Positions 36,293 to 45,459 of a stretch of DNA of 64,000 bases are shown piece after piece (within the stretch, counting starts at the first letter, position 1; every line of letters begins with the position of its first letter). The notes beneath the pieces are model-generated. The model was not told the origin of the DNA. It saw only the letters and a program-made list of their open reading frames with translations, and did not search any database. The stretch is taken from IMG/VR virus record IMGVR_UViG_3300031953_000001, one strand, 5' to 3'. The stretch comes from a virus. Taxonomy: Duplodnaviria; Caudoviricetes. Made by a program: the position numbers and the translations under genes.

Positions 36293-37377
36293 GCGATTCG
36301 CCTTTCCCAGTTGAATTCGTCTCGCATCGCTTGGGCGGTGGAGATGCAACGGTCAGCATTGGTGATGGCCATGACTTTCTGTACCCCTCGCTCGGCACAC
36401 TTAGCCACAAACTCACAGCCGCCGCAGATGCCGTTGGATTGGGCTAAACTCAAACACTCGAACATCCCCGCCTCTTCTTGCGCAAAGATGCTCTCAAAGG
36501 TCCAGGGACCGTCAACGCGATGCTCGGGTTCAAAGGACGAGAAGGCCTCCACAATGAACGGCGGCACGAACAACTCGCCGTTGCGATAGACCACGTCCCA
36601 GTCCTCGCCCTCACTCAATTGCAACTCGACGATGTCGAAATGTTCCCCACGCTCGGTTGCAGCCAAACGCGCGTCGATCAGCAGTCGGTTTAGATGGTGA
36701 AGACTGGTCAAGAACCGAGTCTGGTTCTCGGGGTCTCTCAAACTGTCTCGACCGTGGGGAAGAATGAAGTCGTTGTGTGACGTTGGGTGCAGTTCGGTGT
36801 GGTACATCCGGGTCAACAGGTCTTTGGTCAAGGTGAATTTACGCTTGACGTCGTTGGCGATCGATTCTTCAAAATTGATCACGGTGTAGACTCGGGTGAT
36901 GGTCACGGTCTTAAGGCAACTCTCAAAGTAAGCCACCTTCTGACGAATGCCATCCACGTACGCTGGGTTGTCCAAATGCCGCACTTCAAACGGCACCGTG
37001 AACTTCAACAGCCCGTTAGGGATCAGCGCTTCGACTTGTTCGGCTAAGCGCTCGTAGATCCGCGGGTTGGGGTCTATGAACGCACAGTTTAAGGTGGTCT
37101 TTAAGAACCGTTTGGCTATAGCTTTGATGCGGGGGTGTTCCAAGATCGCGTCTTTGTTCTCAGAGCTCAAAATGTCGGTGGGGCCTAGGATGAAATTGAG
37201 CATCTCCAACTCGGCCGTTTCAAACGACGTCAACATCCGGTCGATGCGATCGAACTCCTCCTCGGTTGGAAGTCGGTTGTTGTCTTTCTCCACCATACAC
37301 CCAGAACAGTGGTGACGGCACCCAGAGGCGATCTCCATGGTGAAGTCGATCAATTTGTTAACTTGAGATACGTGCAT
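36289..37377 (-). CDS. radical SAM-like protein (degenerate motif) with C-terminal Cys cluster
   Basis: CRHHCSGC; CGGCEFVAKC...C. Confidence 0.7.
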   Translation of the reverse strand: MHVSQVNKLIDFTMEIASGCRHHCSGCMVEKDNNRLPTEEEFDRIDRMLTSFETAELEMLNFILGPTDILSSENKDAILEHPRIKAIAKRFLKTTLNCAFIDPNPRIYERLAEQVEALIPNGLLKFTVPFEVRHLDNPAYVDGIRQKVAYFESCLKTVTITRVYTVINFEESIANDVKRKFTLTKDLLTRMYHTELHPTSHNDFILPHGRDSLRDPENQTRFLTSLHHLNRLLIDARLAATERGEHFDIVELQLSEGEDWDVVYRNGELFVPPFIVEAFSSFEPEHRVDGPWTFESIFAQEEAGMFECLSLAQSNGICGGCEFVAKCAERGVQKVMAITNADRCISTAQAMRDEFNWERRIA

Positions 37378-37381
37378 GTTC

Positions 37382-38437
37382 TCACCAATCGCATTTGTGG
37401 GGAAGATGTCCCAAAATAGAAAGACACTGGTCGGTCTCTAACAGCCGTTGCAGTCGATGCACCCCACGCGTCGCGCATTTGCTAACAAAGTGACACCCAG
37501 AACATGAGGTGAGGGTGGTGGCGTGTTCAACCGATTTAAAGTAGGTCTGTTGATCCGACCGTTGAATGGAATCCAGCGTCCACGGTTTATCGAATTTAAA
37601 GTCGGGGTGGAACACGGCGATGGGGCTGTTGATCAACGGAGCAATGTACAACTCACCGTCGCGGTACGATAAATGGTAATCTGAGCCGACGTGCGAATCC
37701 AAGTCGTCAATTTTAAACTCATACCCTTTATCGAGTTGATTGGCAAACACCGCGTTTTGCTTGAGAATGGTTCTGACGAATTCTTCCCGATTGCTCTTAA
37801 CGGTTAAGTCACGACGCCCATTGTGCAAGACGAAGGTGGTGGTGTCCGATCGTTTAAACAGCTGGATGTGGCGGGTTTCGTACAACACCTCTTCGGTGAT
37901 CAAGCCACTGTCAAGCATTGTCTCGGTCAGGTTCACTATAGTGGTCACACTGGCCAGACGAATGCTGGTTAAGTGCTGCTCAAACCAGGCAATACGCCCC
38001 CGCAGTTTCTCGATGTAGCCCAGGTTTCGATGGTGCTTCAATTCGAAAGGCACTAAGAACTCAACATCAAGGCCCGGCATGAACGCTTCCAGCTCTTTAG
38101 CAAACTGGACGTAGGCATCGGGATTGGGGTTCAAAAATGAGCAGTTGAACACCACCGATTTAAACCCCTTAACCATGTCTTTGATGGCTGGGTGGGTGAA
38201 TACGTCACGTCGGTTGCTGGCCGCCATGACATCCGTCGGGGCAAACTCCATCCACGACATCTCCCAGCCTCGTTGACGTACCTCTTCCACCACCTGAGTT
38301 AAGGCGTAAAGATCGTCTTCCGTGTACGGTGTAACGTCTTGGGTGTTGACACTGCAACCCGAACAGCTGTAGTCGCAGTCTTTCAACAACTCCAACGCAA
38401 GATTGCCAATGTTGTCTTCTCGGATCAGGAGGGTCAT
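37382..38437 (-). CDS. radical SAM-like protein (degenerate motif), paralog of 36289-37377
   Basis: CDYSCSGC; CSGCHFVSKC...C; ATGA overlap at 38434-38437. Confidence 0.7.
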   Translation of the reverse strand: MTLLIREDNIGNLALELLKDCDYSCSGCSVNTQDVTPYTEDDLYALTQVVEEVRQRGWEMSWMEFAPTDVMAASNRRDVFTHPAIKDMVKGFKSVVFNCSFLNPNPDAYVQFAKELEAFMPGLDVEFLVPFELKHHRNLGYIEKLRGRIAWFEQHLTSIRLASVTTIVNLTETMLDSGLITEEVLYETRHIQLFKRSDTTTFVLHNGRRDLTVKSNREEFVRTILKQNAVFANQLDKGYEFKIDDLDSHVGSDYHLSYRDGELYIAPLINSPIAVFHPDFKFDKPWTLDSIQRSDQQTYFKSVEHATTLTSCSGCHFVSKCATRGVHRLQRLLETDQCLSILGHLPHKCDW

Positions 38438-39381
38438 TGTTGCTCTGCCCATTGGATCAGGTGAATAAACCCGTTGCACGAGTACTCCGTGCTTTGGACG
38501 TCTCTTAAATGTTCCGACAGACAACGCCCTAAGTAGCGACACCCACTGCACCCAGAGTTTTGTACGCGCTCTTTCTCGGTCACGCACCATGCGAAATACT
38601 CATCGATGGAGTCTAACTCTAAGAAGAACTCGTTGTCTTGGGCGTCAAACTCCAACACCCCAAATTTCCCAGTGGGTGTCACATAGACGTGGTCGTCTGA
38701 AAAAGCGTTGCCCCGTCCGGCGATCACTTCATCCAACTGCTGTGCATTGACAAAGTCGAACTTCATCTCGTCACGGCGGGCGTGCAGTACTTTGATGAAC
38801 GCCTCGTACTCCGGATAACTGACCGGCAGTTGGTTGGCTTGATTGGGGCTGTAAGGCTTGATCTCCACCGAACTGAGGTTGGCCAGCAAGTTCAAGGTGC
38901 CAATGATCTCATCCGGGTTCTTTGCCAAAAGCGCGGGTGAGGCCAACATCAAGATGCAGAACTCCCGTTCCATCTTCAGCATTTGCTGAAAGACAAGGTC
39001 GCTTTTCTCTCGGGCGTCGAAATCGTAGCTGACCGACAGGTACCAATCGGGATCGTGCACCACCGGGTTGTTCATCGACAGGTTGGTGATGATGTTCAGA
39101 TCGTCAATGCCGCGAAGATGCAGTCCGGCTTTGAGTTCCGTCAAGTACTCCACAGGCAGCAGCAGAGGCTCGCCGCCGTACAGATCCACCATCCCGACCT
39201 CAGCCACGGCTAAGACCTCATCCACCCGCTCAAAGAGCCGTGAGAGCTTAAGACGTTGCTTGTCTCCAAGTTGCTCATCCGTCAAGTAACAAAACGAGCA
39301 ACGAAAGTTGCAATAGTAGCTAGGATTCAGGCTGAGGTTCAGAGTCGGCTTAACCGACGGCGATGATGTTGCTGGGTACAT
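38434..39381 (-). CDS. radical SAM protein
   Basis: CNFRCSFC, YGGEPLL, C-terminal CSGCRYLGRC...C. Confidence 0.9.
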   Translation of the reverse strand: MYPATSSPSVKPTLNLSLNPSYYCNFRCSFCYLTDEQLGDKQRLKLSRLFERVDEVLAVAEVGMVDLYGGEPLLLPVEYLTELKAGLHLRGIDDLNIITNLSMNNPVVHDPDWYLSVSYDFDAREKSDLVFQQMLKMEREFCILMLASPALLAKNPDEIIGTLNLLANLSSVEIKPYSPNQANQLPVSYPEYEAFIKVLHARRDEMKFDFVNAQQLDEVIAGRGNAFSDDHVYVTPTGKFGVLEFDAQDNEFFLELDSIDEYFAWCVTEKERVQNSGCSGCRYLGRCLSEHLRDVQSTEYSCNGFIHLIQWAEQQ

Positions 39382-40450
39382 CGATGGCCTCATTGACGTA
39401 GTCGGTAGGGATCAGTTGTCCGGTTAACCCATTGGCGTCGATGATCTGAGGGGCCAGAGCTTTCATCTTCACGCAGTGTTCTTCCACCCGCCCGGTTTTC
39501 TTTGCGTCGCGGATGCTTTTCTTGCACCCGTTGCAGATTGAAAACATAGGACAGAAGTAACAACTCTGTTTCAGGCTGGCCAACTCAACCACCTGCAAGG
39601 GCCGTTGTTTTGCCCCCGCCATCTCAACTTCAAAGTCAATGGGGTATTCTCCATCGTCACCAAAGGAGCCGCAGGAGTAATAACCGCCGTTGGGTTGCAT
39701 GTTGCGAATGCCCGAGTCACAATCCCGAGCCAAAGGACAGGTGGTTGCTCCCCCGGCTAAGACGGTCATCATCTGTTGAGTGCTGTGTTCCCACTGAGCC
39801 AGCCCTGCGGCGTAGATCTCAAGGTACACCTCGTACATGTCGGCCACCACAAAGTGCTGACCTTCGTTGCCCATGGTGCCTTTTCGAGTCTGGATCACCG
39901 GTCCTGAGGCGTTGGCGTAGTTCAGTTTGCACACCACGCCCATGGCCTTGGCCAACTCCACCGTTTTTACCGCTGTGTCGCGGTTGCTTTCGTCGATGAC
40001 CGCAATGAACCCAGGACGATAACCCACGTGTTCCAGCATGGCGTCTGAGACGCCCCAGAACTCCTCTTCGGTGAAAGGGGTATAATCACCCTTTAAACGT
40101 TTGTCACCGTACTGGAAACTGGTGTGGACCCCAATGCGAGGATGATTGAACAGCTCAGACCACATCGAGGGTTTCTTGTAGAAAGGCCAGAGGTTAGTGG
40201 TCAAAGATAAGACCGTCTCCTCCATCTCCAACTCGTCCAAGACCGCAATTATGTCCCAGTAATACTGCACTGGCATCATCAGAGGATCACCGCCGTTGAC
40301 GATGATGGTCTGGGTTTCTGGGTAACGCACTAAGAACCGCCGGATGTCCGCCACAGACACTATGTCGTCTTTGTCGTCAGCGATGTTGGTGCTGGAGCAA
40401 AAGGTGCATTTAAAATTGCATTTCTCAGTCGGTTTTATGATCAAGTCGAT
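39350..40450 (-). CDS. radical SAM/SPASM protein (start ATC 40450 or TTG 40444)
   Basis: IKPTEKCNFKCTFC, NGGDPL, CPLARDC...SCG...CYFCPMFSICNGC...C. Confidence 0.92.
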   Translation of the reverse strand: MDLIIKPTEKCNFKCTFCSSTNIADDKDDIVSVADIRRFLVRYPETQTIIVNGGDPLMMPVQYYWDIIAVLDELEMEETVLSLTTNLWPFYKKPSMWSELFNHPRIGVHTSFQYGDKRLKGDYTPFTEEEFWGVSDAMLEHVGYRPGFIAVIDESNRDTAVKTVELAKAMGVVCKLNYANASGPVIQTRKGTMGNEGQHFVVADMYEVYLEIYAAGLAQWEHSTQQMMTVLAGGATTCPLARDCDSGIRNMQPNGGYYSCGSFGDDGEYPIDFEVEMAGAKQRPLQVVELASLKQSCYFCPMFSICNGCKKSIRDAKKTGRVEEHCVKMKALAPQIIDANGLTGQLIPTDYVNEAIDVPSNIIAVG

Positions 40451-40481
40451 GTTACTACCCTCCTACTCAGACCTACTCCAA

Positions 40482-41540
40482 TCATACCGCTACAATTGGA
40501 ATCAGACCCAAGGCAGTGTTGTGCAAGACGTCGATGTATCGGTGGGTGGCTTTATACACACACTCGTCCATCTCGTCGCGAAAGCGGTAATTGTGTTGCA
40601 TGAAACAGCCCAACTCACACCGATGAAAATACTCACAGGTGGTGCAGCCGTACTTCTCCATGAACGCTTCTTCTATACCGCTGTTGTCTTTGGCTTCAAT
40701 GGGGGTGGTGTAAATATCTTTGGCCACCTCCGGGTCGATCAGATTCCCGCAGCCGCAAATCGTGCCATCTTCCAACACCAACTTACTGGACCGACACGAC
40801 AGACTCGACGACTGACGTTTCAACCAACCGGCGATCGGCTCACACCGAGGGTAGCGATCGATCAGAAACTTGAACATACGAAACAGGTCGGTGTCGCTGG
40901 GGGCGGCGTCGGTGCGCTCATCCGGCATCAGGTAATCAAAGTACATCTTGAACCCGGCCTGATACGCCCACTGAAAGAACTCGTCGGTGTCTTTTACAAA
41001 GTGGTCGATGTTTTGTTTGGTCATCAACAAACTGATGCTGGTCACTGTCTCAGGGCCGTAGTATTCCAGGTTGGCACGGAACTGTTTGAACTGCTTCCGA
41101 TTGAACCGTCCTTTAGGATCGTAAGAGACGGTCACGGTGGTCTTGACGTCCACCGTTTGTACTCGCTCCAAAAAAGACGTCAGCTGAGTGGTGTCCGGAG
41201 TCACCAGGTTGGTGACCCAGTTCAAGGTTACCTCTAGGTTCAGCTCGCGACACATCTCAGCGATCGCTTGACTGAAGTAGAGGTACGTGTCCGCCAGAAG
41301 TGGGGTAAAGATCTCAGGAGCAAAGACCTCACCGCCCATGATGTTAAACACCACCTGCGATTTGGTCTCTTGTTCCAACAGCGACCGAACAATAGGGAGC
41401 TTGTCCAGTACGTCATCTACCCCCACCAGTGAATCGTGATCCTGCCAACAGAAACTGCACGACAGATTGCAATAGGTAAACAGGTGCAACGTGTACTCCT
41501 GTTCCTTATCGCGTTTGTTCTGTAAAAAGAGGTCGGTCAT
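40482..41540 (-). CDS. radical SAM/SPASM protein
   Basis: CNLSCSFC, MGGE, C...CGC...CTTCEYFHRCELGC...C. Confidence 0.92.
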   Translation of the reverse strand: MTDLFLQNKRDKEQEYTLHLFTYCNLSCSFCWQDHDSLVGVDDVLDKLPIVRSLLEQETKSQVVFNIMGGEVFAPEIFTPLLADTYLYFSQAIAEMCRELNLEVTLNWVTNLVTPDTTQLTSFLERVQTVDVKTTVTVSYDPKGRFNRKQFKQFRANLEYYGPETVTSISLLMTKQNIDHFVKDTDEFFQWAYQAGFKMYFDYLMPDERTDAAPSDTDLFRMFKFLIDRYPRCEPIAGWLKRQSSSLSCRSSKLVLEDGTICGCGNLIDPEVAKDIYTTPIEAKDNSGIEEAFMEKYGCTTCEYFHRCELGCFMQHNYRFRDEMDECVYKATHRYIDVLHNTALGLIPIVAV

Positions 41541-42550
41541 AGTTCAAAGCCTTTGCACGCCTCCGGACTCAGACTCACGGCCCAATGGATTAAGTGCACG
41601 TTGAGTTTGTCCAGATCCGCCCAGTCCAGGTAATCGGTGTGCTCGTTGCTGGCACGGAGCATGTCGATGAACAGATCGGTGACTTGGTTGTTGCCCATGG
41701 GTACGCTGGTGTTAACGATCTTCAACTTAGCCCGCTCGGCGCTGACTTGAGTTTTCTCAATCGCCTCCGACTGCTCCAGATACAACGCGTAGTCACTCAC
41801 CACCGCCTCGATGGCCGCTGGCTTAAGTCGAGTAATGCCGGCTCTCAACTTAGGGTTGTTGATCATGGTGAGCCTAGGAATCTTCGACAACAAATCAACT
41901 TCTCCTAAGTGGTCTTTTGCCGTGTACCCGTATTTCTCTTGCATGTAATCTGAGAAGAACAGAAGCGTCAGATTGCGTTGAGTCTCATCGAGGGTGTTGA
42001 GTACGCCGCGCAGGGCAAACACTCGGATCGACTCGGCGATGCTGGCGCGTTTGTTCCCAGATAGATGATCCAGTAACTTATACTCCAACGACACCCGCTG
42101 AGTCAGGTCTTGGGTCAATGTTCTTAACTTGTCTTCCCTTGGGGTACGACTCAAGTTCTCGATCCACGTCTTTAAAGTCGTCGGGTCAGGCAAGCCGACG
42201 CCTTGAGCGTGCAGGGTCAGCATCTCCAAGTTAAGGAGTGTCTTTATCTGATCGTCCTGAGCGTTAGGGAAGATGGCTTTCAACCACATAGCCACCAAGG
42301 CCCCATACGTCTCCAAACTGACATAGATCACCAGCTTAGCATCGCCGGCTTCTACAAACTTGGCCAGCAGCTCGACAAACCCCTCGTCGATAAAGGCCGC
42401 CTCATCCTGAGTCTTACCCACCATCACAGGACCCACGCCCAAACGTTCGTCGTAGTTCTCAGCCAGCTGAGCCGACGCCAGATAGAAGGTGTGCTTATCC
42501 GACTTGAGTGAATCTACTTCGAGGTAAACCCGACTGAATAAATGATACAT
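41537..42550 (-). CDS. hypothetical protein of the radical SAM unit
   Basis: 337 aa, coupled on both sides; no catalytic motif recognised. Confidence 0.75.
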   Translation of the reverse strand: MYHLFSRVYLEVDSLKSDKHTFYLASAQLAENYDERLGVGPVMVGKTQDEAAFIDEGFVELLAKFVEAGDAKLVIYVSLETYGALVAMWLKAIFPNAQDDQIKTLLNLEMLTLHAQGVGLPDPTTLKTWIENLSRTPREDKLRTLTQDLTQRVSLEYKLLDHLSGNKRASIAESIRVFALRGVLNTLDETQRNLTLLFFSDYMQEKYGYTAKDHLGEVDLLSKIPRLTMINNPKLRAGITRLKPAAIEAVVSDYALYLEQSEAIEKTQVSAERAKLKIVNTSVPMGNNQVTDLFIDMLRASNEHTDYLDWADLDKLNVHLIHWAVSLSPEACKGFEL

Positions 42551-43275
42551 TACGCGTCCTCGATGGCTTCGTGGTTGTGCTTTAAGGTAGACATCAGTCC
42601 GTCAAACTCGGTGTCTGTGACCACCTCGGCGTCGCTGAAGGTCAACGACATCAGGTACACGTCGTTCTCCGGGATTGCCCAGAAGTGAAACAGGTTCTTA
42701 CTTTTGAACATGTAGTCGTTGAAATACTTGGTGTAGTTCTTCACCAACCCCTCGTTAACTGCCCCTAAGGCAATTGGAAACAACGGGTTATCAAACAAAT
42801 GAACAAAGTTAATGCCTTTGGTATCCGACGTGTCGTCTGTGGGATAAACGTCCACCACGCTTTGGAGCTTCTCGTCCTGAAACGTGGTCATCACGTACAG
42901 ACTCATCGAGTCAATCAACGACAGCCACTTGCCCAAGATCTCAAGGTGCTCTTTGATCCACTGATCGGTGACCCAGCTGCACTCGGCAAGTCCTTTGATG
43001 TGCAAGACGACTTCCAACACCAAGGTTTCCAGTTGAGGGCACTTTAACAAGGTCGGCAGATTGAGGTACGCGTCCACCACCTCCAGGACGTCTTCACCCA
43101 AGAACGTAACGTCCACCGGCAACTCCAAGTTGCTCAGATAGATCAACGCTTGTAAGGGCGCTACTTTATCTTTGGAGGCACTCAGGTCCACGTCCAGGAT
43201 CACGTCAGGGTCGCCGATCACGGCTCTGAGGGTGGTTACGGGTATGGGTACGTTGGTTTTAATGACGGTACTCAT
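42550..43275 (-). CDS. hypothetical protein of the radical SAM unit
   Basis: TGATG overlap with the CHxx-tail gene gives start 43275. Confidence 0.75.
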   Translation of the reverse strand: MSTVIKTNVPIPVTTLRAVIGDPDVILDVDLSASKDKVAPLQALIYLSNLELPVDVTFLGEDVLEVVDAYLNLPTLLKCPQLETLVLEVVLHIKGLAECSWVTDQWIKEHLEILGKWLSLIDSMSLYVMTTFQDEKLQSVVDVYPTDDTSDTKGINFVHLFDNPLFPIALGAVNEGLVKNYTKYFNDYMFKSKNLFHFWAIPENDVYLMSLTFSDAEVVTDTEFDGLMSTLKHNHEAIEDA

Positions 43276-43829
43276 CAACGGCGTCCTCGGGAGTTGTGGC
43301 AGTTGCTGTGACATTGCGTATGACACACTTGTCGTGAGAAAGTTCTAAGCGTATTAACTCGGGCGCTCTGAGCGTAGAGGTTGCGCACCCGTTCAATGTA
43401 GTCGTATGTTTGAGACTGATCCACCGGCAATCCGTTGACCAACCCACCGGCGGCAGGACTCGCCAGAGGCACGTAATCGCCCGCCGGTAAATGCGCAATG
43501 GCGATCGCGTTGTAGATCACCGTGGCGGTGTTGTTGGAGTACCCGGACTTACTGCGGGTGATGTAGATTTGGGTACGACGAATCCGTGAGTACACGTTAA
43601 CGTAACTCATAAAGACATCACGTAAGGTTTTGGCGGTTAACTCGTCTGAGGGCACTTGCAGTTGCGCCAACGAGGGCACGCCTAGATCGCCTGAGGTGGT
43701 GCCACCGAACCAACTCACCAGCGAGTTAGCTGGATAGATGTTGGTACCCCAAGAGATACCCGATCGGGTGTATCCAACCACCCGTCCTACGAACTGATTG
43801 TACACGTCTAATGATTTAACGTCAGCCAT
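43275..43829 (-). CDS. putative structural protein with C-terminal (CHxx)3-SRGRR tail; candidate radical SAM substrate
   Basis: 184 aa ending VCHTQCHSNCHNSRGRR; these are its only Cys; flanked by radical SAM genes. Confidence 0.75.
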   Translation of the reverse strand: MADVKSLDVYNQFVGRVVGYTRSGISWGTNIYPANSLVSWFGGTTSGDLGVPSLAQLQVPSDELTAKTLRDVFMSYVNVYSRIRRTQIYITRSKSGYSNNTATVIYNAIAIAHLPAGDYVPLASPAAGGLVNGLPVDQSQTYDYIERVRNLYAQSARVNTLRTFSRQVCHTQCHSNCHNSRGRR

Positions 43830-43873
43830 GATCGCTTCCTATTGATTAAATTCCCATACGATCTGACGACCGC

Positions 43874-44923
43874 TTATCCGACGTTGAGTGCCGGAATTAG
43901 TTCAGGCGCGCCGTATTTAAAGTGCGAGAGCAACAACATCAACCCCGGACACGAATCGCCCTGCCACACCAAGCGGTGACAATCGCCTCCACACACGTCC
44001 AACAGATGGCAACTCACGCAGTTGGGGTTGAGGTCCAACTCGGTGGTGATGCGCTCCATCCGTCCTTCACTGACCAGAAACTCATCAATGGGGTCGTTCA
44101 AGGTACCGTTGGATTCTGCCTTAGCCCCGTTGGCACAACCGCCGATGTTGCCAGCTCCATCAATAGTGAACAGATTCTGTTCACAGTCACGACAGTTGGT
44201 GTCTACTTTGAACTGATTGGTTTCAAACTTGGTTTCAATGGCGTCCAAGGTGTTGATGTGGTAGTTGGGCTTTAGTCGCTTGTACGCAAAGTACAGGTCG
44301 TAGTAAAACCGATCCACCGCTCGATTGTCTGGAAACATGTGGGGGTTGTCCACCGCGTTGCCATCGGACGTCAAGCGCTCCACCGCAATCTCCGTTACCC
44401 CAAATTCTCCCCACAAGTGAATCAACTCGTCGATGTCGTACGTCAGTAACTGATCGGTCACCGTGACGAACATCTTGATGGTGATGCCTTGAGCTCGCAG
44501 CATGGTCAAGTTGTTGCGCCACTGCGTGTACATGCGTTCGGTCTTAAACCGATAAACCGGGTCCCAACTGGTGCCCACGTGACTGCTCATCATCGTCTTA
44601 AAGAATTCGACGTGGCGATCGGTTAGCTTGTAGATCAGATTGGTGGTGGCGCCAATGGAGATATCTTCCCAACGTTCGACACTGACCCGCGACCGCACCG
44701 CGTTAGCAAACTGCCAGTGCTCGTCAATCGGGCGTAAGAAAGGCTCACCCCCGTGCAATTCTAGATGTAGATGTTCCTCGGGAAATCGCTGACCTAATTC
44801 ACTGGCCCACTGTGCTACTTTATCGATGTCCCAGACGGTTTTAGCGCCCTTAGACCCGGAGGTGAAACAGTGATCGCAATCGAGGTTGCAGGTGTCCGTG
44901 GGTTTTATGTAAACAACTTTCAT
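43874..44923 (-). CDS. radical SAM/SPASM protein
   Basis: IKPTDTCNLDCDHC, HGGEPF, CRDC...GC...CVSCHLLDVCGGDC...C. Confidence 0.92.
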   Translation of the reverse strand: MKVVYIKPTDTCNLDCDHCFTSGSKGAKTVWDIDKVAQWASELGQRFPEEHLHLELHGGEPFLRPIDEHWQFANAVRSRVSVERWEDISIGATTNLIYKLTDRHVEFFKTMMSSHVGTSWDPVYRFKTERMYTQWRNNLTMLRAQGITIKMFVTVTDQLLTYDIDELIHLWGEFGVTEIAVERLTSDGNAVDNPHMFPDNRAVDRFYYDLYFAYKRLKPNYHINTLDAIETKFETNQFKVDTNCRDCEQNLFTIDGAGNIGGCANGAKAESNGTLNDPIDEFLVSEGRMERITTELDLNPNCVSCHLLDVCGGDCHRLVWQGDSCPGLMLLLSHFKYGAPELIPALNVG

Positions 44924-45402
44924 AACTTCCACCGGTCTTCAATAAAACGTTCATTGCCAAAACTGATCATGATCGACTCCTCGTGATTCAACGCGCGGTG
45001 AGGCACACCGGCGAGAACCCAGACACCGGGGTTGTCTGCGTTTAACGTTACCAGCTCCCCTGCAATCTCAAGGGTCTTAGTGCCCCAGATCCACTTTAAG
45101 TAAATGTCATAGGGGTCTTGATGAAGAGGGAAACTGGGAGCCCCGGCACAGGCCCAAAACAAATGAGCGTTGCAAGGTCCCTCGTGTCCGCTTTCTTCTT
45201 TGATACGACACGTTTCTAAGTAGACCTCTTTAAAGACTTTCTCCAACTCTTCTACCTTTACAGTTTTTAAACTGTCGTCAAACACCTCGGCTGCCGATTG
45301 AGCTGGGCGTATCTGTTGGTCAGCATCAATGCGCGAGACCATACCTTCTTCGTACAAATCGGGTAGGGTGAGCAGCAGCTCAAGTCGGTCTTTAAAGTCC
45401 AT
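44920..45402 (-). CDS. minimal JmjC/cupin_4-like 2OG oxygenase
   Basis: SFPLHQDPYD (HxD), GTK, distal His in GVPHRA; GAGGAG RBS before ATG 45402. Confidence 0.75.
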   Translation of the reverse strand: MDFKDRLELLLTLPDLYEEGMVSRIDADQQIRPAQSAAEVFDDSLKTVKVEELEKVFKEVYLETCRIKEESGHEGPCNAHLFWACAGAPSFPLHQDPYDIYLKWIWGTKTLEIAGELVTLNADNPGVWVLAGVPHRALNHEESIMISFGNERFIEDRWKL

Positions 45403-45459
45403 CGCGTGTCTCCTCGTTAATCTCATAAGGTGTATGATTAACGTACGGCTTTATATAAA

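Noticed and set aside
40344-41237. 297-aa + strand ORF (also 4255-4953, 20543-21253, 48936-49646, 52434-53114)
   Set aside because: Antisense shadows of well-supported genes; no RBS or motifs
43278-43328. Tail as a His-Xaa-Ser (Hxs) system substrate
   Set aside because: The repeat has a four-residue CHxx period anchored on Cys rather than HxS triplets, and no HxsD-like gene was recognised
36289-44923. Radical SAM cluster as a 7-deazaguanine or other DNA-modification pathway
   Set aside because: No FolE, QueD, QueC or DpdA-like genes; the enzymes carry SPASM-type Cys clusters and sit in a tail-fibre late region
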